Source: an uncultured Candidatus Peribacteria bacterium (lineage in GTDB: Bacteria > Patescibacteriota > Gracilibacteria > Peribacterales > Peribacteraceae). Taken from it: a stretch of 64,000 nucleotides of DNA. The notes beneath the pieces were generated by a model. The model did no database searches, was not told where the DNA came from, and was given only the letters and a program-made list of their open reading frames with translations. Of the stretch, positions 17,293 to 26,926 are shown piece after piece (the first letter of the stretch is position 1; the number at the start of each line of letters is the position of its first letter). The stretch covers positions 48,088 through 112,087 of the forward strand of contig CAYMIX010000004.1 of assembly GCA_964391185.1 (NCBI GenBank), written 5' to 3'. The position numbers and the translations under genes were made by a program.

Positions 17293-17470
17293 GCGACGAT
17301 ATTGAAGCTTCGCGACGCGCACTGCAAGTCTGAGCGATATTCAATTGCAAACGTCGAAAAAATTTTTCGTTAACTACATGTCACAAACATGTATCGCATT
17401 CCGAGTGTGTATTAGTCGCAATGTCAGTTCTTTGTTGTTTGAGCGTCTTCGCCATAGGATAAATCCCTTT

Positions 17471-18475
17471 ATGGTTCAGCATTCAGATGCTCAGGCTTTC
17501 AGTGACATGCTCCGTAGTGCTGAACGTGTAGTGTGCGTGTGTCATCGCGGTCCTGATGGAGATGCTATTGGTTCTCTTATAGGAATTGCGCTACTCATAG
17601 AGCAAAATATGAAAGGGAAATCCGTGCAGTTATGGTGTGTCGACGATGTTCCAGAGTCATTCTTATTTTTGCCAAATGTTGGACGCATTCAAGAGCCGAG
17701 TGAACTCAAGAAAGGAGATGTGATCGTGACAGTCGACAGTGCAGAACCAAAACTGACAGACATGCACGTGTCCCATCCACACATGTTTGATGGTACATAT
17801 CCACTCATAAAAATTGATCATCATCCCAATAGTCCAGGCTTTGGAAAGCTCAATATTGTTTTACCGGAAGCTGCATCAACATGCGAAATCATTGTGCAGA
17901 TTGCTGATGAATTAAGCTGGAAGATAGAACCTGATGTTGCGACGGTTCTTCTCACGGGAGTATTTACCGATACCGGCGGATTACTCCATAGCAACACAAC
18001 ATCACAAGTGTATCGCACCGTTGCGCGCTTACTTCGTGCGGGTGCGCGTCAGCAGCAAATAGTTGGTGCAGTATTCCGTACGGCGAAGCTCAGTACGCTG
18101 AAGCTCTGGGGACGCGTGCTCGAAAAAATTTCTGTGACCGAAGAAGGTGGAGCAGTGTCTGCGGTGACAGAAGGGGACTTCCGCGCGACAGGTGCAGAAT
18201 ATTCTGAGCTTGCTGGAGCGATCGATTACGTGAATGCGATTCCGGGCATGCGCTTCTCGATGATTCTCTCCGAACGTGATGGTAAAGTAAAAGGCAGCCT
18301 GCGCACACTCCGTGATGATGTCGATGTCGCGGCTATGGCAGGGAAGTTCCACGGCGGTGGACACAAGAAAGCTGCAGGCTTTGCGGTATCGGGAAAGCTC
18401 CGACCAGAAATGAGATGGAAAGTCATTGAAGAACAACAACCTCCGTCGAAGAACGAGAAAACGAAGAACGAATGA
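17471..18475 (+). CDS. nrnA: DHH/DHHA1 phosphoesterase (NrnA-like oligoribonuclease/pAp phosphatase)
   Basis: Start moved to ATG 17471; motifs HRGPDGDAIGS, DHHPN, GGGHKKAAG. Confidence 0.8.
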   Translation: MVQHSDAQAFSDMLRSAERVVCVCHRGPDGDAIGSLIGIALLIEQNMKGKSVQLWCVDDVPESFLFLPNVGRIQEPSELKKGDVIVTVDSAEPKLTDMHVSHPHMFDGTYPLIKIDHHPNSPGFGKLNIVLPEAASTCEIIVQIADELSWKIEPDVATVLLTGVFTDTGGLLHSNTTSQVYRTVARLLRAGARQQQIVGAVFRTAKLSTLKLWGRVLEKISVTEEGGAVSAVTEGDFRATGAEYSELAGAIDYVNAIPGMRFSMILSERDGKVKGSLRTLRDDVDVAAMAGKFHGGGHKKAAGFAVSGKLRPEMRWKVIEEQQPPSKNEKTKNE

Positions 18476-18478
18476 TCG

Positions 18479-20458
18479 TTACTCGTTCTTTGTTGATTCG
18501 TTATTCGTCAATGTATCTGCAGCATCATCTTTCACCTTATTCGCAGCCAACACTTCAGATGGCTTTGTCGTGATGAGCGCAGACTCCTCCGGACTTGCGA
18601 CCACTTCCATCGCCACGTGTTTGTACCCTGCGAAGAGAATTCCTTGTCCGACATCGGAGTTTAGAAGTACGTACTTTTCTCCATCAGTGAGGTAGAAGAG
18701 TTTCTGCAAGTTATCGACAGTTGTCGGTGATTGCTTGAGAAGTACTTGCAGTGCGGAGTTTGTGATGATCGGCTTGCCGAACGGAGATTCAACGAAGTCA
18801 TCGATGTCCTGCGTGATGGTTGTGACACCAAGGTAATACTTGCGTGCGCGCTTTACGATGCCATAGAGGAAGCGTGCAGAGTCTTCGTGTTGCATCAGGT
18901 TCCATGCTTCGTCGATGACGAGCAGGCGCTTCTTGAGGTTGGCTCGAATGCGGTTCCATAGGAAGTTCAACACGATATAAATCGCGATTGGGCGGAGCTG
19001 TTCTTCAAGGTCACGAATCTGGAACACGATCATTTGAGCGTCGAGCTCAACGTTCGTCTTCTGGTCGAAGAGTCCGGCGAAGCTTCCTGTTGTGTACTTC
19101 TGAAGAATCTGTGCCATGTTTTCACCACCCTCAGTCGTCATAAGAACGTCGACCAATTGCTGCAAGGTCGGTGGGTCCATGTCGCCGGGATTCGGTGTTG
19201 TCAGTGTGATCCCATTGAGTGCATATGTATCGATAATTGCTTTATCGAGCACGCCGTCTTCGCTTGGAGTTATAGGGCCAAGCATAAGGCGAAGGAGGCC
19301 GTGCAAGTTAATAACAGCAGCGCGCAATACTTCACCGACTGCGGCATCGTCTCCGCGAACAGCTTTAGGGAGATCAAATGGATTGATGCGGAAGTTGCTC
19401 TGAATCGAGAGGGGAATGAAGCTTCCTCCAACTGCCTGGCACAGGTTTGTGTATTCATTTTCTGGGTCGATGACGAGCACTTCTGTTCCGAGCATCATGT
19501 AGCGCAAAAGTTCGAGCTTTGCCGTGAAAGATTTACCAGCTCCAGATGTAGCGAAGATGTTGCTGTTCGCGTTTGGTAAATCAAAACGATCGAAGATAAT
19601 CAGCGAATCGTTGTGACGGTTGATGCCATAAAGAATTCCATGATCGTCTGTGAGGTCGGAGCTGGAGAAGGGGAAGCTCGCAGCCAACGGTGACGTGTTC
19701 ATGTTACGGTTGATTTCGATTTCATCGAGACAGATTGGGAGTGTCGACGTCCATGCATGTTCCATCTGGAACATCGCAGGCTTTGTCAGCACAAGCTTTC
19801 CTCCAAGAACAGATTCGATGTCTGTCTGAACTTTCTTGAGGCGTGCTTCGTCTTCTGCATAAATCGTGATGTACATGCCGAACTGGAAGAGCTTCTCCTG
19901 GCCACGAGCGAGGAGGTCGCGCAGTTCTTCTGCATCTTGCAACGCAGCTTCAAGCGTCGGATCGCGAACGATTCCGCGCTGTTCCAACATACGAATACTT
20001 GAGCGCAATTCCGCAACTTTCTTGCGGAGCATTTTCATAATCGCCTTATTAGAACTTGGGAAAATGAAGTGCGAAATATCCATCGTCGCATCTTGGTTGA
20101 TGGTCTGTGCCATCCAGTTTGGATAGATATAGTTTGGCCAGTTGTACACATACAACGTGCGAACATACATGTCGTTAATGATGATGTCTTTGTTGCGCAC
20201 TTGTAATCCTGAAGGCGCGATCAAATCCAGCATTTTCTGCAACCCTTCCTCATAACGCTTAATAACCTGACGATCATCAGGGGAAAGTGTTTCATCGGAC
20301 TTCTTTTTCTCGAGTAATTCATCTGCACGCTTCGTAAGACCCAATAGATCATCAATAGCTTCGATCAGCGGGCTTGCTGGGTGCATATTCATGTTCGGAG
20401 CCTGCCCGACTAGGGTTTCGTTCAGGCGGGCCGGGTTTGGTGTTGGTATGTCGGACAT
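18479..20458 (-). CDS. VirB4/TrbE-like type IV secretion ATPase
   Basis: Walker A ATSGAGKSF, Walker B LLVIDEAWNL, C-terminal GVTTITQDIDDF motif. Confidence 0.8.
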   Translation of the reverse strand: MSDIPTPNPARLNETLVGQAPNMNMHPASPLIEAIDDLLGLTKRADELLEKKKSDETLSPDDRQVIKRYEEGLQKMLDLIAPSGLQVRNKDIIINDMYVRTLYVYNWPNYIYPNWMAQTINQDATMDISHFIFPSSNKAIMKMLRKKVAELRSSIRMLEQRGIVRDPTLEAALQDAEELRDLLARGQEKLFQFGMYITIYAEDEARLKKVQTDIESVLGGKLVLTKPAMFQMEHAWTSTLPICLDEIEINRNMNTSPLAASFPFSSSDLTDDHGILYGINRHNDSLIIFDRFDLPNANSNIFATSGAGKSFTAKLELLRYMMLGTEVLVIDPENEYTNLCQAVGGSFIPLSIQSNFRINPFDLPKAVRGDDAAVGEVLRAAVINLHGLLRLMLGPITPSEDGVLDKAIIDTYALNGITLTTPNPGDMDPPTLQQLVDVLMTTEGGENMAQILQKYTTGSFAGLFDQKTNVELDAQMIVFQIRDLEEQLRPIAIYIVLNFLWNRIRANLKKRLLVIDEAWNLMQHEDSARFLYGIVKRARKYYLGVTTITQDIDDFVESPFGKPIITNSALQVLLKQSPTTVDNLQKLFYLTDGEKYVLLNSDVGQGILFAGYKHVAMEVVASPEESALITTKPSEVLAANKVKDDAADTLTNNESTKNE

Positions 20459-20508
20459 GTTGAATTATCTATTAATTATAGCAGAAATACCCTTTACCCG
20501 CAATCACC

Positions 20509-21363
20509 TCAATTGGCGTTTGGGTCTATTAAACTGCGGTCAAACCCCGAATTACGCCTGTCTCGGTAGGTCCCATTCTCGATGAGCCCAAGGTCATCTA
20601 CACCCGGCACATCTATCACTTTAATGCCCGCAATGAAGGCATCGCGGTTCGTATTGAGTGCAGCGAGCCTTTCTCCGGCTACTTCGATGAGATCTTTGAA
20701 TAATCTGATGATGCTGCGCTGTTTATCTTCGCGTGCTTCTACCTCAGCAAGTGTTGTTTCGGCTTCTATCAGGCGTTCTTGCAGGCTACCTGCGGTCGAG
20801 AAGTTCTCTTCACGGATAGAAACGTTTAATGCACGCTGAATATCGCCAGCTTCCTTGCGTGCTTCACGGCGTTCATCGGAAATAGTGTCTGCTTCCTGTT
20901 CGAGTGCTTCTAAACGGATTTCGCTCACACTGCGCAATTGGGTTAATTCTCGTACGTAATCATCAAATGCGTTAGGGCGTTCGGTACTGCGATTGAGCAT
21001 ATCCATCACATCCACCTGAAGCATGCTTCCAAACTCTTCTAAAAGCGCGAATGCTTCATCTTGGATACGGTCATCATCAAAGAGATATTCCATCTGTGCA
21101 CTGATTCCTTCGAGAGCACTTTTGAACACCGACGTATGCATGATGAAATTCGACATATACACACCGAGCAACGCACTCGGGTGGAGTGGTTGTGCGAAGA
21201 GTAATTGCCGTGTCATTTCCTGCGTCCACAATGCGGCGTATGTCGCGATCGTTTGGCGAGGCGAATTGTTGCTTCCCAACCATGAGCAGTTGGAAAGTAA
21301 GAGTGACATTGCGATGAGTGCGGTGAGTCTGTGTGAACTTTTCACTACATTATTATAGCGCAT
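20509..21363 (-). CDS. Coiled-coil lipoprotein upstream of the VirB4-like gene
   Basis: LLLSNC lipobox-like cysteine after a signal helix, E/R/L-rich heptads; ATG 21363 preferred to GTG 21378. Confidence 0.55.
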   Translation of the reverse strand: MRYNNVVKSSHRLTALIAMSLLLSNCSWLGSNNSPRQTIATYAALWTQEMTRQLLFAQPLHPSALLGVYMSNFIMHTSVFKSALEGISAQMEYLFDDDRIQDEAFALLEEFGSMLQVDVMDMLNRSTERPNAFDDYVRELTQLRSVSEIRLEALEQEADTISDERREARKEAGDIQRALNVSIREENFSTAGSLQERLIEAETTLAEVEAREDKQRSIIRLFKDLIEVAGERLAALNTNRDAFIAGIKVIDVPGVDDLGLIENGTYRDRRNSGFDRSLIDPNAN

Positions 21364-21580
21364 TTTTGCGTTTGGCACAATATATGGCTTATTAATGCCA
21401 AAATCGATGATTCACATAGTGCCGAATACATGATGTCGTCAGGCATTTTTACATCCTAAAAATGTGCACAAAACGTGAGTATTTTATGTGTGCAAGATCA
21501 AATAATTATTTCAACTAGATGGGTCATTTATATCTGATACAGTTCAGCCAATTTCCGCATAGAACTTTTGTTCATGTCCC

Positions 21581-23278
21581 ATGTTTGACCACCTGACTTC
21601 AGAGGCTAAACAGATTCTCGAAACGATCGAGGGCCTTACCGACGTTGTTGTCACCTGGGAGCCACCTCGGGAAGCTGGTCATGGAGATCTTTCGACGACG
21701 GTTTGTCTGCGTGCGGGAAAAATACTTGGCAAGAAACCTCAGGACGTTGCAAAAGTTCTTGCTGATGGACTCCAGAATTCTCCATCGATCGAAAAAGTTG
21801 AAGTCGCGGGTCCGGGGTATGTAAACGTGTGGCTCAAGCCACACGTGTTGCTCGAACAATTGGATACCGTGAGGAAGCATGTGTCACCAAAGAAAACGCG
21901 CAAAGAAGATCCAGTGATCGTCGAATATTCACAACCAAACATTGCAAAGCCACTCGGCATCCACCACCTCATAGGGACGGTGATTGGCCAATCGGTTGCA
22001 AATATGTACGAGCACACAGGCTTTCCTGTCATTAAATGGAACTACATCGGCGATTGGGGTACACAGTTTGGCAAGCTCTCTGTCGCATTTGAAAAATGGG
22101 GAACGAAGCCAGCGTCCAAGTGTACGATCGATGAATTGCTCGCGCTCTACGTAAAATTCCATCAGGAAGTAGAAAAGGATGAGACGCTGGAAGCACAAGG
22201 ACGTGAAGCATCGCGCAAGCTTGAACAAGGCGATAAAGAGCTTCGAAAGTTTTGGAAAGATGTCGTCACCGTGACAAAAGCTTCGTTATCAGATGTATAC
22301 CGTCGCTTGCACGCGTCGTTTGATTTGGATCTCGGCGAGAGTTTTTACGAAGATAAAATGGAGCCTATTTTGGCTGAGGGAAAGAAAAAGAAAGTATTTA
22401 CCGAAGGAAAAGAAGGAGCGCTCATTGTTGCATTCTCCGAAGAGAAGAATATGACGCCATATGTGGTGCAACGCGGTGATGGAGGAACGCTTTATTCCAC
22501 GCGCGATATCGCTCAAATGCGTTATCGCATTGACACATACCATCCACAGAAGATTTTAATTTTTACCGATATCGCTCAGAAGCTGCACTTCGAGCAGTTG
22601 GTAGAAACGTGCATCATGCTGGGATGGGATCTACCTGCCTTTGAAAACGTGCTCTTCGGACGTATGCGTTTTACCGATAGTGCGATGAGTACTCGCAAAG
22701 GAAATATTCTTAAGCTCCAAGAAGTACTGGATGAAGCGGTTAGCCGCGCAACCAAGATTCTCGAAGAGCGTGGCGATGCCATACAGACCGATGATCCTGC
22801 GGACCTCGCAGAGATGATGGGCGTGGGGGCGCTCGTGTATGGCATCGTCAGCCAGAATAGAAAGATGGACATCGTGTTCGATTGGGACAAGATGCTCAGT
22901 TTCGATGGAAACAGTGCCCCATATTTGCAGTACACACACGCGCGTGCGAAGTCTGTCTTGCGCAAAGCGGGTATCGAAGAAGGCGAGATTGGAGTGGGAG
23001 ACATCGCAGAGCTTTCAGCACACGAGCGCAATCTACTCACCAAACTTTTGCAATTTCCCACAGTGATCGAAAACGCACGTCATGAACATTTGCCGCATAA
23101 GCTCGCGAATTATTTGTTTGAGCTCAGCCAAATATTCAATGCGTTTTACAACGTCGAGAATATTCTTCAATCAGAAGAGCCACAGCGCAGTTTGCGTCTT
23201 TCACTTACGTCTCACACTGCTGCCGTTCTGAAGAGCGGCGCCTCCCTCTTGACGATTCGTGTTCCGGATCGCATGTAA
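21581..23278 (+). CDS. argS: Arginine--tRNA ligase
   Basis: N-terminal Arg_tRNA_synt_N-like segment, AKPLGIHHLIGT class I motif, C-terminal DALR-type helices ending ..VPDRM. Confidence 0.9.
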   Translation: MFDHLTSEAKQILETIEGLTDVVVTWEPPREAGHGDLSTTVCLRAGKILGKKPQDVAKVLADGLQNSPSIEKVEVAGPGYVNVWLKPHVLLEQLDTVRKHVSPKKTRKEDPVIVEYSQPNIAKPLGIHHLIGTVIGQSVANMYEHTGFPVIKWNYIGDWGTQFGKLSVAFEKWGTKPASKCTIDELLALYVKFHQEVEKDETLEAQGREASRKLEQGDKELRKFWKDVVTVTKASLSDVYRRLHASFDLDLGESFYEDKMEPILAEGKKKKVFTEGKEGALIVAFSEEKNMTPYVVQRGDGGTLYSTRDIAQMRYRIDTYHPQKILIFTDIAQKLHFEQLVETCIMLGWDLPAFENVLFGRMRFTDSAMSTRKGNILKLQEVLDEAVSRATKILEERGDAIQTDDPADLAEMMGVGALVYGIVSQNRKMDIVFDWDKMLSFDGNSAPYLQYTHARAKSVLRKAGIEEGEIGVGDIAELSAHERNLLTKLLQFPTVIENARHEHLPHKLANYLFELSQIFNAFYNVENILQSEEPQRSLRLSLTSHTAAVLKSGASLLTIRVPDRM

Positions 23279-23308
23279 CATCCTTCCTCCTTTTTCCATT
23301 TTTTGTGT

Positions 23309-24766
23309 ATGTCCCGCAGTCATTATCTATCACGTTCTTATCCATCTCGTCGTCCTTCGTCACGCTCAGGACAGACGCAAAAAGCTCCTTTAGTGGGTTT
23401 CATCTTAATCGCATCATTCGGCATTTTGTTTGCCGGTTGTAGCGGGCCTGAGTCTGTCGAAGACGAAGAGCTCGTCTTCACACAAGATGACCTCGCTCGT
23501 TACCGTGAGCTCGCAGCAGAATCTGGTAGTGGTTCTACAGACGACATTCCGGAGATTGATATTTCTGCGTCTGGTAGTGGTGCGACTAATGCAGATGCTG
23601 TGGAGCTCGATCTCTCGCAAGTGGATACCTACAATGGTTTGCGCGCGAGCATGGCTGGAGGCGATGGTTATCAAGTAAACAATGAATTCTTGAATGTGCG
23701 CGAAACGCCTTCAACTGCAGCAAAATCAATCGTCCAACTGAAGTTCGGTGATGCAGTGAATGTGACAGAATTCTTGGATTCCCAATGGGCAAAGATCACA
23801 ATTGCTGGCGGCCAGACAGGATACGTGTCCCACAAATATCTCTCAAAAGTTACGAGTGATGACAAGTTAGAAGCGGAGAAGAAGCAATTCGAAAACATGT
23901 ACTACGTGAGCTTTGGGTTTGTGAACATGCGCAAGGAAGCGGACCAGAGTTCGGAAAAAATTGGAGAAATCCCTGGAGGCAAAATCATAAAGCCAATCAG
24001 CATCGATAAAGGATGGGCGAAGGTTTCCTACGATGGAAAAGATGGATATGTTTCCACGTCGTACCTCGCAGCATTCTTGCCAAACTTCATTGTACGTCAG
24101 GATACATACACGTTGCCAGTGCTTCGCTACAGCGTGGTGAAAGAACAGGAAAAAGAAGTGCTTCAAGCGCTTGGTCAGCATGTAAACGACCTGAAAGGAA
24201 AAGGTTACACTTTTATGACCATGGCTCAGTTCCGCGATCAGTTGCTTGCTCAGCAGCAGCGTGATGTGCGTCTCGAAGGAAAGAATGTCATCGTTGCGGT
24301 GACAGGAATCACGCCAGGCAACATCAAAGCAATTTCCGATGCGCTTACGACGGCAAACGTCAAGGCTACACTCTTCATCGAAACACAAAATGTAGGTGTC
24401 TCTGGTATCACAGAAAAAACCCTCCTCACGATGATGGCGAATGGATTTGATATCCAGTCAGCGACGCACACAGGTGACGACCTCCGTGCACTGACGGATT
24501 CACGCGTAGAGCTTGAGCTCAAGCAAAGCCGCAAACTCCTTGAGGACTACACGAACAAGCCAGTGTTTGCTGTCGCATATCCACAGGGTGGCGTGAATGA
24601 CCGCGTTGCAAAAATTGCAGGTGAAGCGGGTTACTTACTCGGTCTCGGTGACGATGCTGATGCGAGCTTCTCGCGTGGTCAGCTCTTGCGCTTGCCGGCG
24701 ATGACGGTGTTCCCAAGCATGTCTCCAGAAGAGGTCACGAAATTTGTGACTGGAGGTGAGCAATAA
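23309..24766 (+). CDS. Secreted 2x SH3b-domain protein with C-terminal polysaccharide deacetylase (NodB-like) domain
   Basis: Signal/TM, WAKITIAGGQTGYVSHKYLS and WAKVSYDGKDGYVSTSYLA SH3b repeats, deacetylase-like C-terminal half (..TLFIETQNV.., ..SATHTGDDL..). Confidence 0.7.
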   Translation: MSRSHYLSRSYPSRRPSSRSGQTQKAPLVGFILIASFGILFAGCSGPESVEDEELVFTQDDLARYRELAAESGSGSTDDIPEIDISASGSGATNADAVELDLSQVDTYNGLRASMAGGDGYQVNNEFLNVRETPSTAAKSIVQLKFGDAVNVTEFLDSQWAKITIAGGQTGYVSHKYLSKVTSDDKLEAEKKQFENMYYVSFGFVNMRKEADQSSEKIGEIPGGKIIKPISIDKGWAKVSYDGKDGYVSTSYLAAFLPNFIVRQDTYTLPVLRYSVVKEQEKEVLQALGQHVNDLKGKGYTFMTMAQFRDQLLAQQQRDVRLEGKNVIVAVTGITPGNIKAISDALTTANVKATLFIETQNVGVSGITEKTLLTMMANGFDIQSATHTGDDLRALTDSRVELELKQSRKLLEDYTNKPVFAVAYPQGGVNDRVAKIAGEAGYLLGLGDDADASFSRGQLLRLPAMTVFPSMSPEEVTKFVTGGEQ

Positions 24767-24791
24767 GACACCACAAATACACAGACAAACG

Positions 24792-24818
24792 AAAAGGTGC
24801 TCGCAGGGCACCTTTTTT
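24792..24818. terminator. Bidirectional intrinsic terminator (aaaaggtgc-tcgcagg-gcacctttttt)
   Basis: A-run, GC stem and T-run read directly between convergent genes. Confidence 0.7.
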
Positions 24819-24819
24819 A

Positions 24820-24927
24820 AGTTCGAAATCCGAAACTCGAAACAAGTCTGAATAGAAAATTGTTTAACCGTTCTAAATTCAAAACATTTAGATTTGTTTC
24901 GGATTTCGAACTTCGTGCTTCGGATTT
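24820..24927. repeat. MITE-like palindromic element, CGAAATCCGAA family, copy A
   Basis: Arms gttcgaaatccgaaactcgaaacaagtctgaat / atttagatttgtttcggatttcgaacttcgtgcttcggattt. Confidence 0.75.
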
Positions 24928-25297
24928 ACTGCTGTATGTACTGCTCCAGCTGATCCATCAGACTTTCTTGTGAGTACTCAGCGGATTGCTTTACTGCTTC
25001 TTTGGTGATCTGTTCCATTACTTCTGCACCGTGCTTATAGAAGTACCACGTGCTCCACACGACGATAATGATTGGAATGAAACCAATGAGCGTCTTGAAG
25101 AATCCGCCAACCGTTCGTAAGCGATCGCGACTATTCATCTGATGAAGATAATGCACGATCAAATCGAGCTTTTCCTCATGTGTGAGGCCAACTGGCGGCG
25201 CATCATGCGCATCGTTGTCATGTTGATGAAGATGACTGTGATCGTGGAGATCAAGATCGATTGTTGGCTCCTCTGAGGAAGCTGCTTTGCGTGGCAT
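24926..25297 (-). CDS. His/Asp-rich N-terminus, single-TM hypothetical membrane protein
   Basis: Start at ATG 25297 (MPRKAASS..); TM helix LIGFIPIIIVVWSTWYF. Confidence 0.5.
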   Translation of the reverse strand: MPRKAASSEEPTIDLDLHDHSHLHQHDNDAHDAPPVGLTHEEKLDLIVHYLHQMNSRDRLRTVGGFFKTLIGFIPIIIVVWSTWYFYKHGAEVMEQITKEAVKQSAEYSQESLMDQLEQYIQQ

Positions 25298-25313
25298 GGG
25301 CCGAGTATAGAGA

Positions 25314-26408
25314 TCAGAAGCCCCTGCGCCACTTGCGGACAAACTCAAACGCACGTGTCACGTAATACGAGTTCTTCAGAGGAATATCGACGCAGTGCAT
25401 GAGGGGTAATGGCTTTCCGCCGAATCCCGTCTTAAATGTCGTCACACCTGCGAACGGATGATGCTTATCGATAATTACTTCGTCACCGTTTTCCAATGAC
25501 TTCCTCGGAGCGATTCCCCAGAAGTTATAGATATCATCACCACGACCGAGAGCTTCTTTAATAGCTGTCCACTGCAGTAAATAACTCGCTGGAATCTTCG
25601 CATACTTATGCGTACTCGCACCGTGGTGATAGCTGGTAATCCCACCAAAGCTCATATGCACAGAAGCTGCGACCGCTTCTCCTTGGTATCGCGCGACATA
25701 GACGATCGCCTGATTCTTTGGGGCGAAGTGTTTCACTTGTGCGCGAATATAGGAATCGCGATAGGGGACAAAGTGATGACGCTTGAAGGTTTCTTTCTGG
25801 AGCTCGAAGTAGATCTCCAGATCCTTAAGAGGATCTTTCGAAGCTTCTACGGTCACGCCTTCACGTTGTGCCCTTCCAACTAAGTTTCTTGTCGTCTTTC
25901 TCATATCTGCAAGAATGCTCTCTTCAGAGCGTTTCGAGTTTCGGATTTCGTGCTTCGAGTTTCCCGCATTCCATCTATCACCTTCATTTAGCGGGATGTA
26001 CCACGTGTATTCAGATAAAAGATGCAGCGGAGAATCTTTCGCTCCAGCCTGATGCAGCTGTTCGATGCGAGGATCTTGTGCAGTCCAGAACGGACTCATC
26101 CGAATAAACGAACACTGATGATCGCGCGCGGCGTTCTTGAGAGCTTCAAGAATCTGTTGTAATTGATCTGGTGATGAGAGCAGTGGTCCGTACTGCACCA
26201 TCAGGTGGCGTCCACGGCGCGCAGGAACGACGATCGCCTGAGCAACGCCAGTTATGACGTTATCCTCTCGTACTTCGATCCTGATGGGTTCCTGACCGAT
26301 ATCCCGATACACCTCGCCCATCGTCCAGCTCTGGAGAAAGAGTGGAAACTGTTGAGCACTCACGAATGCATCCCATTGAGCCGAATCTGTAGCTGACTGA
26401 ACGTGCAT
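25314..26408 (-). CDS. FemAB-family peptidoglycan interpeptide-bridge peptidyltransferase (FemX/MurM-like)
   Basis: FLQSW.WGEV-type N-terminus, YHHGAS.HKY...PASYLLQW, FKTGFGG. Confidence 0.8.
   Translation of the reverse strand: MHVQSATDSAQWDAFVSAQQFPLFLQSWTMGEVYRDIGQEPIRIEVREDNVITGVAQAIVVPARRGRHLMVQYGPLLSSPDQLQQILEALKNAARDHQCSFIRMSPFWTAQDPRIEQLHQAGAKDSPLHLLSEYTWYIPLNEGDRWNAGNSKHEIRNSKRSEESILADMRKTTRNLVGRAQREGVTVEASKDPLKDLEIYFELQKETFKRHHFVPYRDSYIRAQVKHFAPKNQAIVYVARYQGEAVAASVHMSFGGITSYHHGASTHKYAKIPASYLLQWTAIKEALGRGDDIYNFWGIAPRKSLENGDEVIIDKHHPFAGVTTFKTGFGGKPLPLMHCVDIPLKNSYYVTRAFEFVRKWRRGF
25931..25964. repeat. Solo arm of the CGAAATCCGAA MITE family, in frame inside the FemAB-like CDS
   Basis: gtttcgagtttcggatttcgtgcttcgagtttcc encodes NSKHEIRNSKRS on the minus strand. 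It is nearly identical to the arm of copy A. Confidence 0.7.
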
Positions 26409-26413
26409 AGAAG

Positions 26414-26440
26414 GTATGGTTCGTCTCCGCTCACCATGAC
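26414..26440 (-). repeat. REP-like element, TGGT/ACCA variant (reverse orientation)
   Basis: Reverse complement reads gtcatggtgagcggagacgaaccatac. Confidence 0.6.
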
Positions 26441-26474
26441 ATTTAGTTGTCGCGCATCACCGTGACGCCTAGAC

Positions 26475-26504
26475 GTGTCACCCCGAGCGGAGACGAGGGG
26501 CGAC
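26475..26504 (+). repeat. REP-like hairpin, CCCC/GGGG variant (gtgtcaccccgagcggagacgaggggcgac)
   Basis: Read directly; followed by tcttttt. Confidence 0.6.
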
Positions 26505-26517
26505 TCTTTTTACAATG

Positions 26518-26922
26518 CTATCTATCTTTGAGACGGTACACGAATTTTAAACCCGACCAGGCATCATCGACAGCGCACACTTTCACATCGACGAGCCCAT
26601 TCCTCTGACCAATGTCGCGAATAATATTTTCAGTCAGGTCCGAAGGAATGCCAGAAATTCTTCGTGGCCACGAAACCCACAGTGCGTGCGGCTTACCGAG
26701 AATTTTCTTGAGCTTCGGGAATGAAGTTTCCAAGTCAGATTTCTGCTGCACGAACACGTGGATGATATCAGCGTTTTCTTCGATACCTTGGACAAGACGT
26801 GCCTGCGTAATCAGCGCGCCAAGAGCTTCGATGTATCCCGCAGGTGCATTGATGATGCACGCAGTAAAACCGGGCTTGATGCCGAGCTTCTGCGGTAACG
26901 GCGTGAGTGAATAGCCAGTCAT
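26518..26922 (-). CDS. DUF3052-family protein
   Basis: MTGYS.TPL.QKLGIKPG...LWVSWPRR.SGIPSDLTE...VDVKVCAVDD.WSGLKFV pattern recalled for DUF3052. Confidence 0.6.
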   Translation of the reverse strand: MTGYSLTPLPQKLGIKPGFTACIINAPAGYIEALGALITQARLVQGIEENADIIHVFVQQKSDLETSFPKLKKILGKPHALWVSWPRRISGIPSDLTENIIRDIGQRNGLVDVKVCAVDDAWSGLKFVYRLKDR

Positions 26923-26926
26923 AGAA

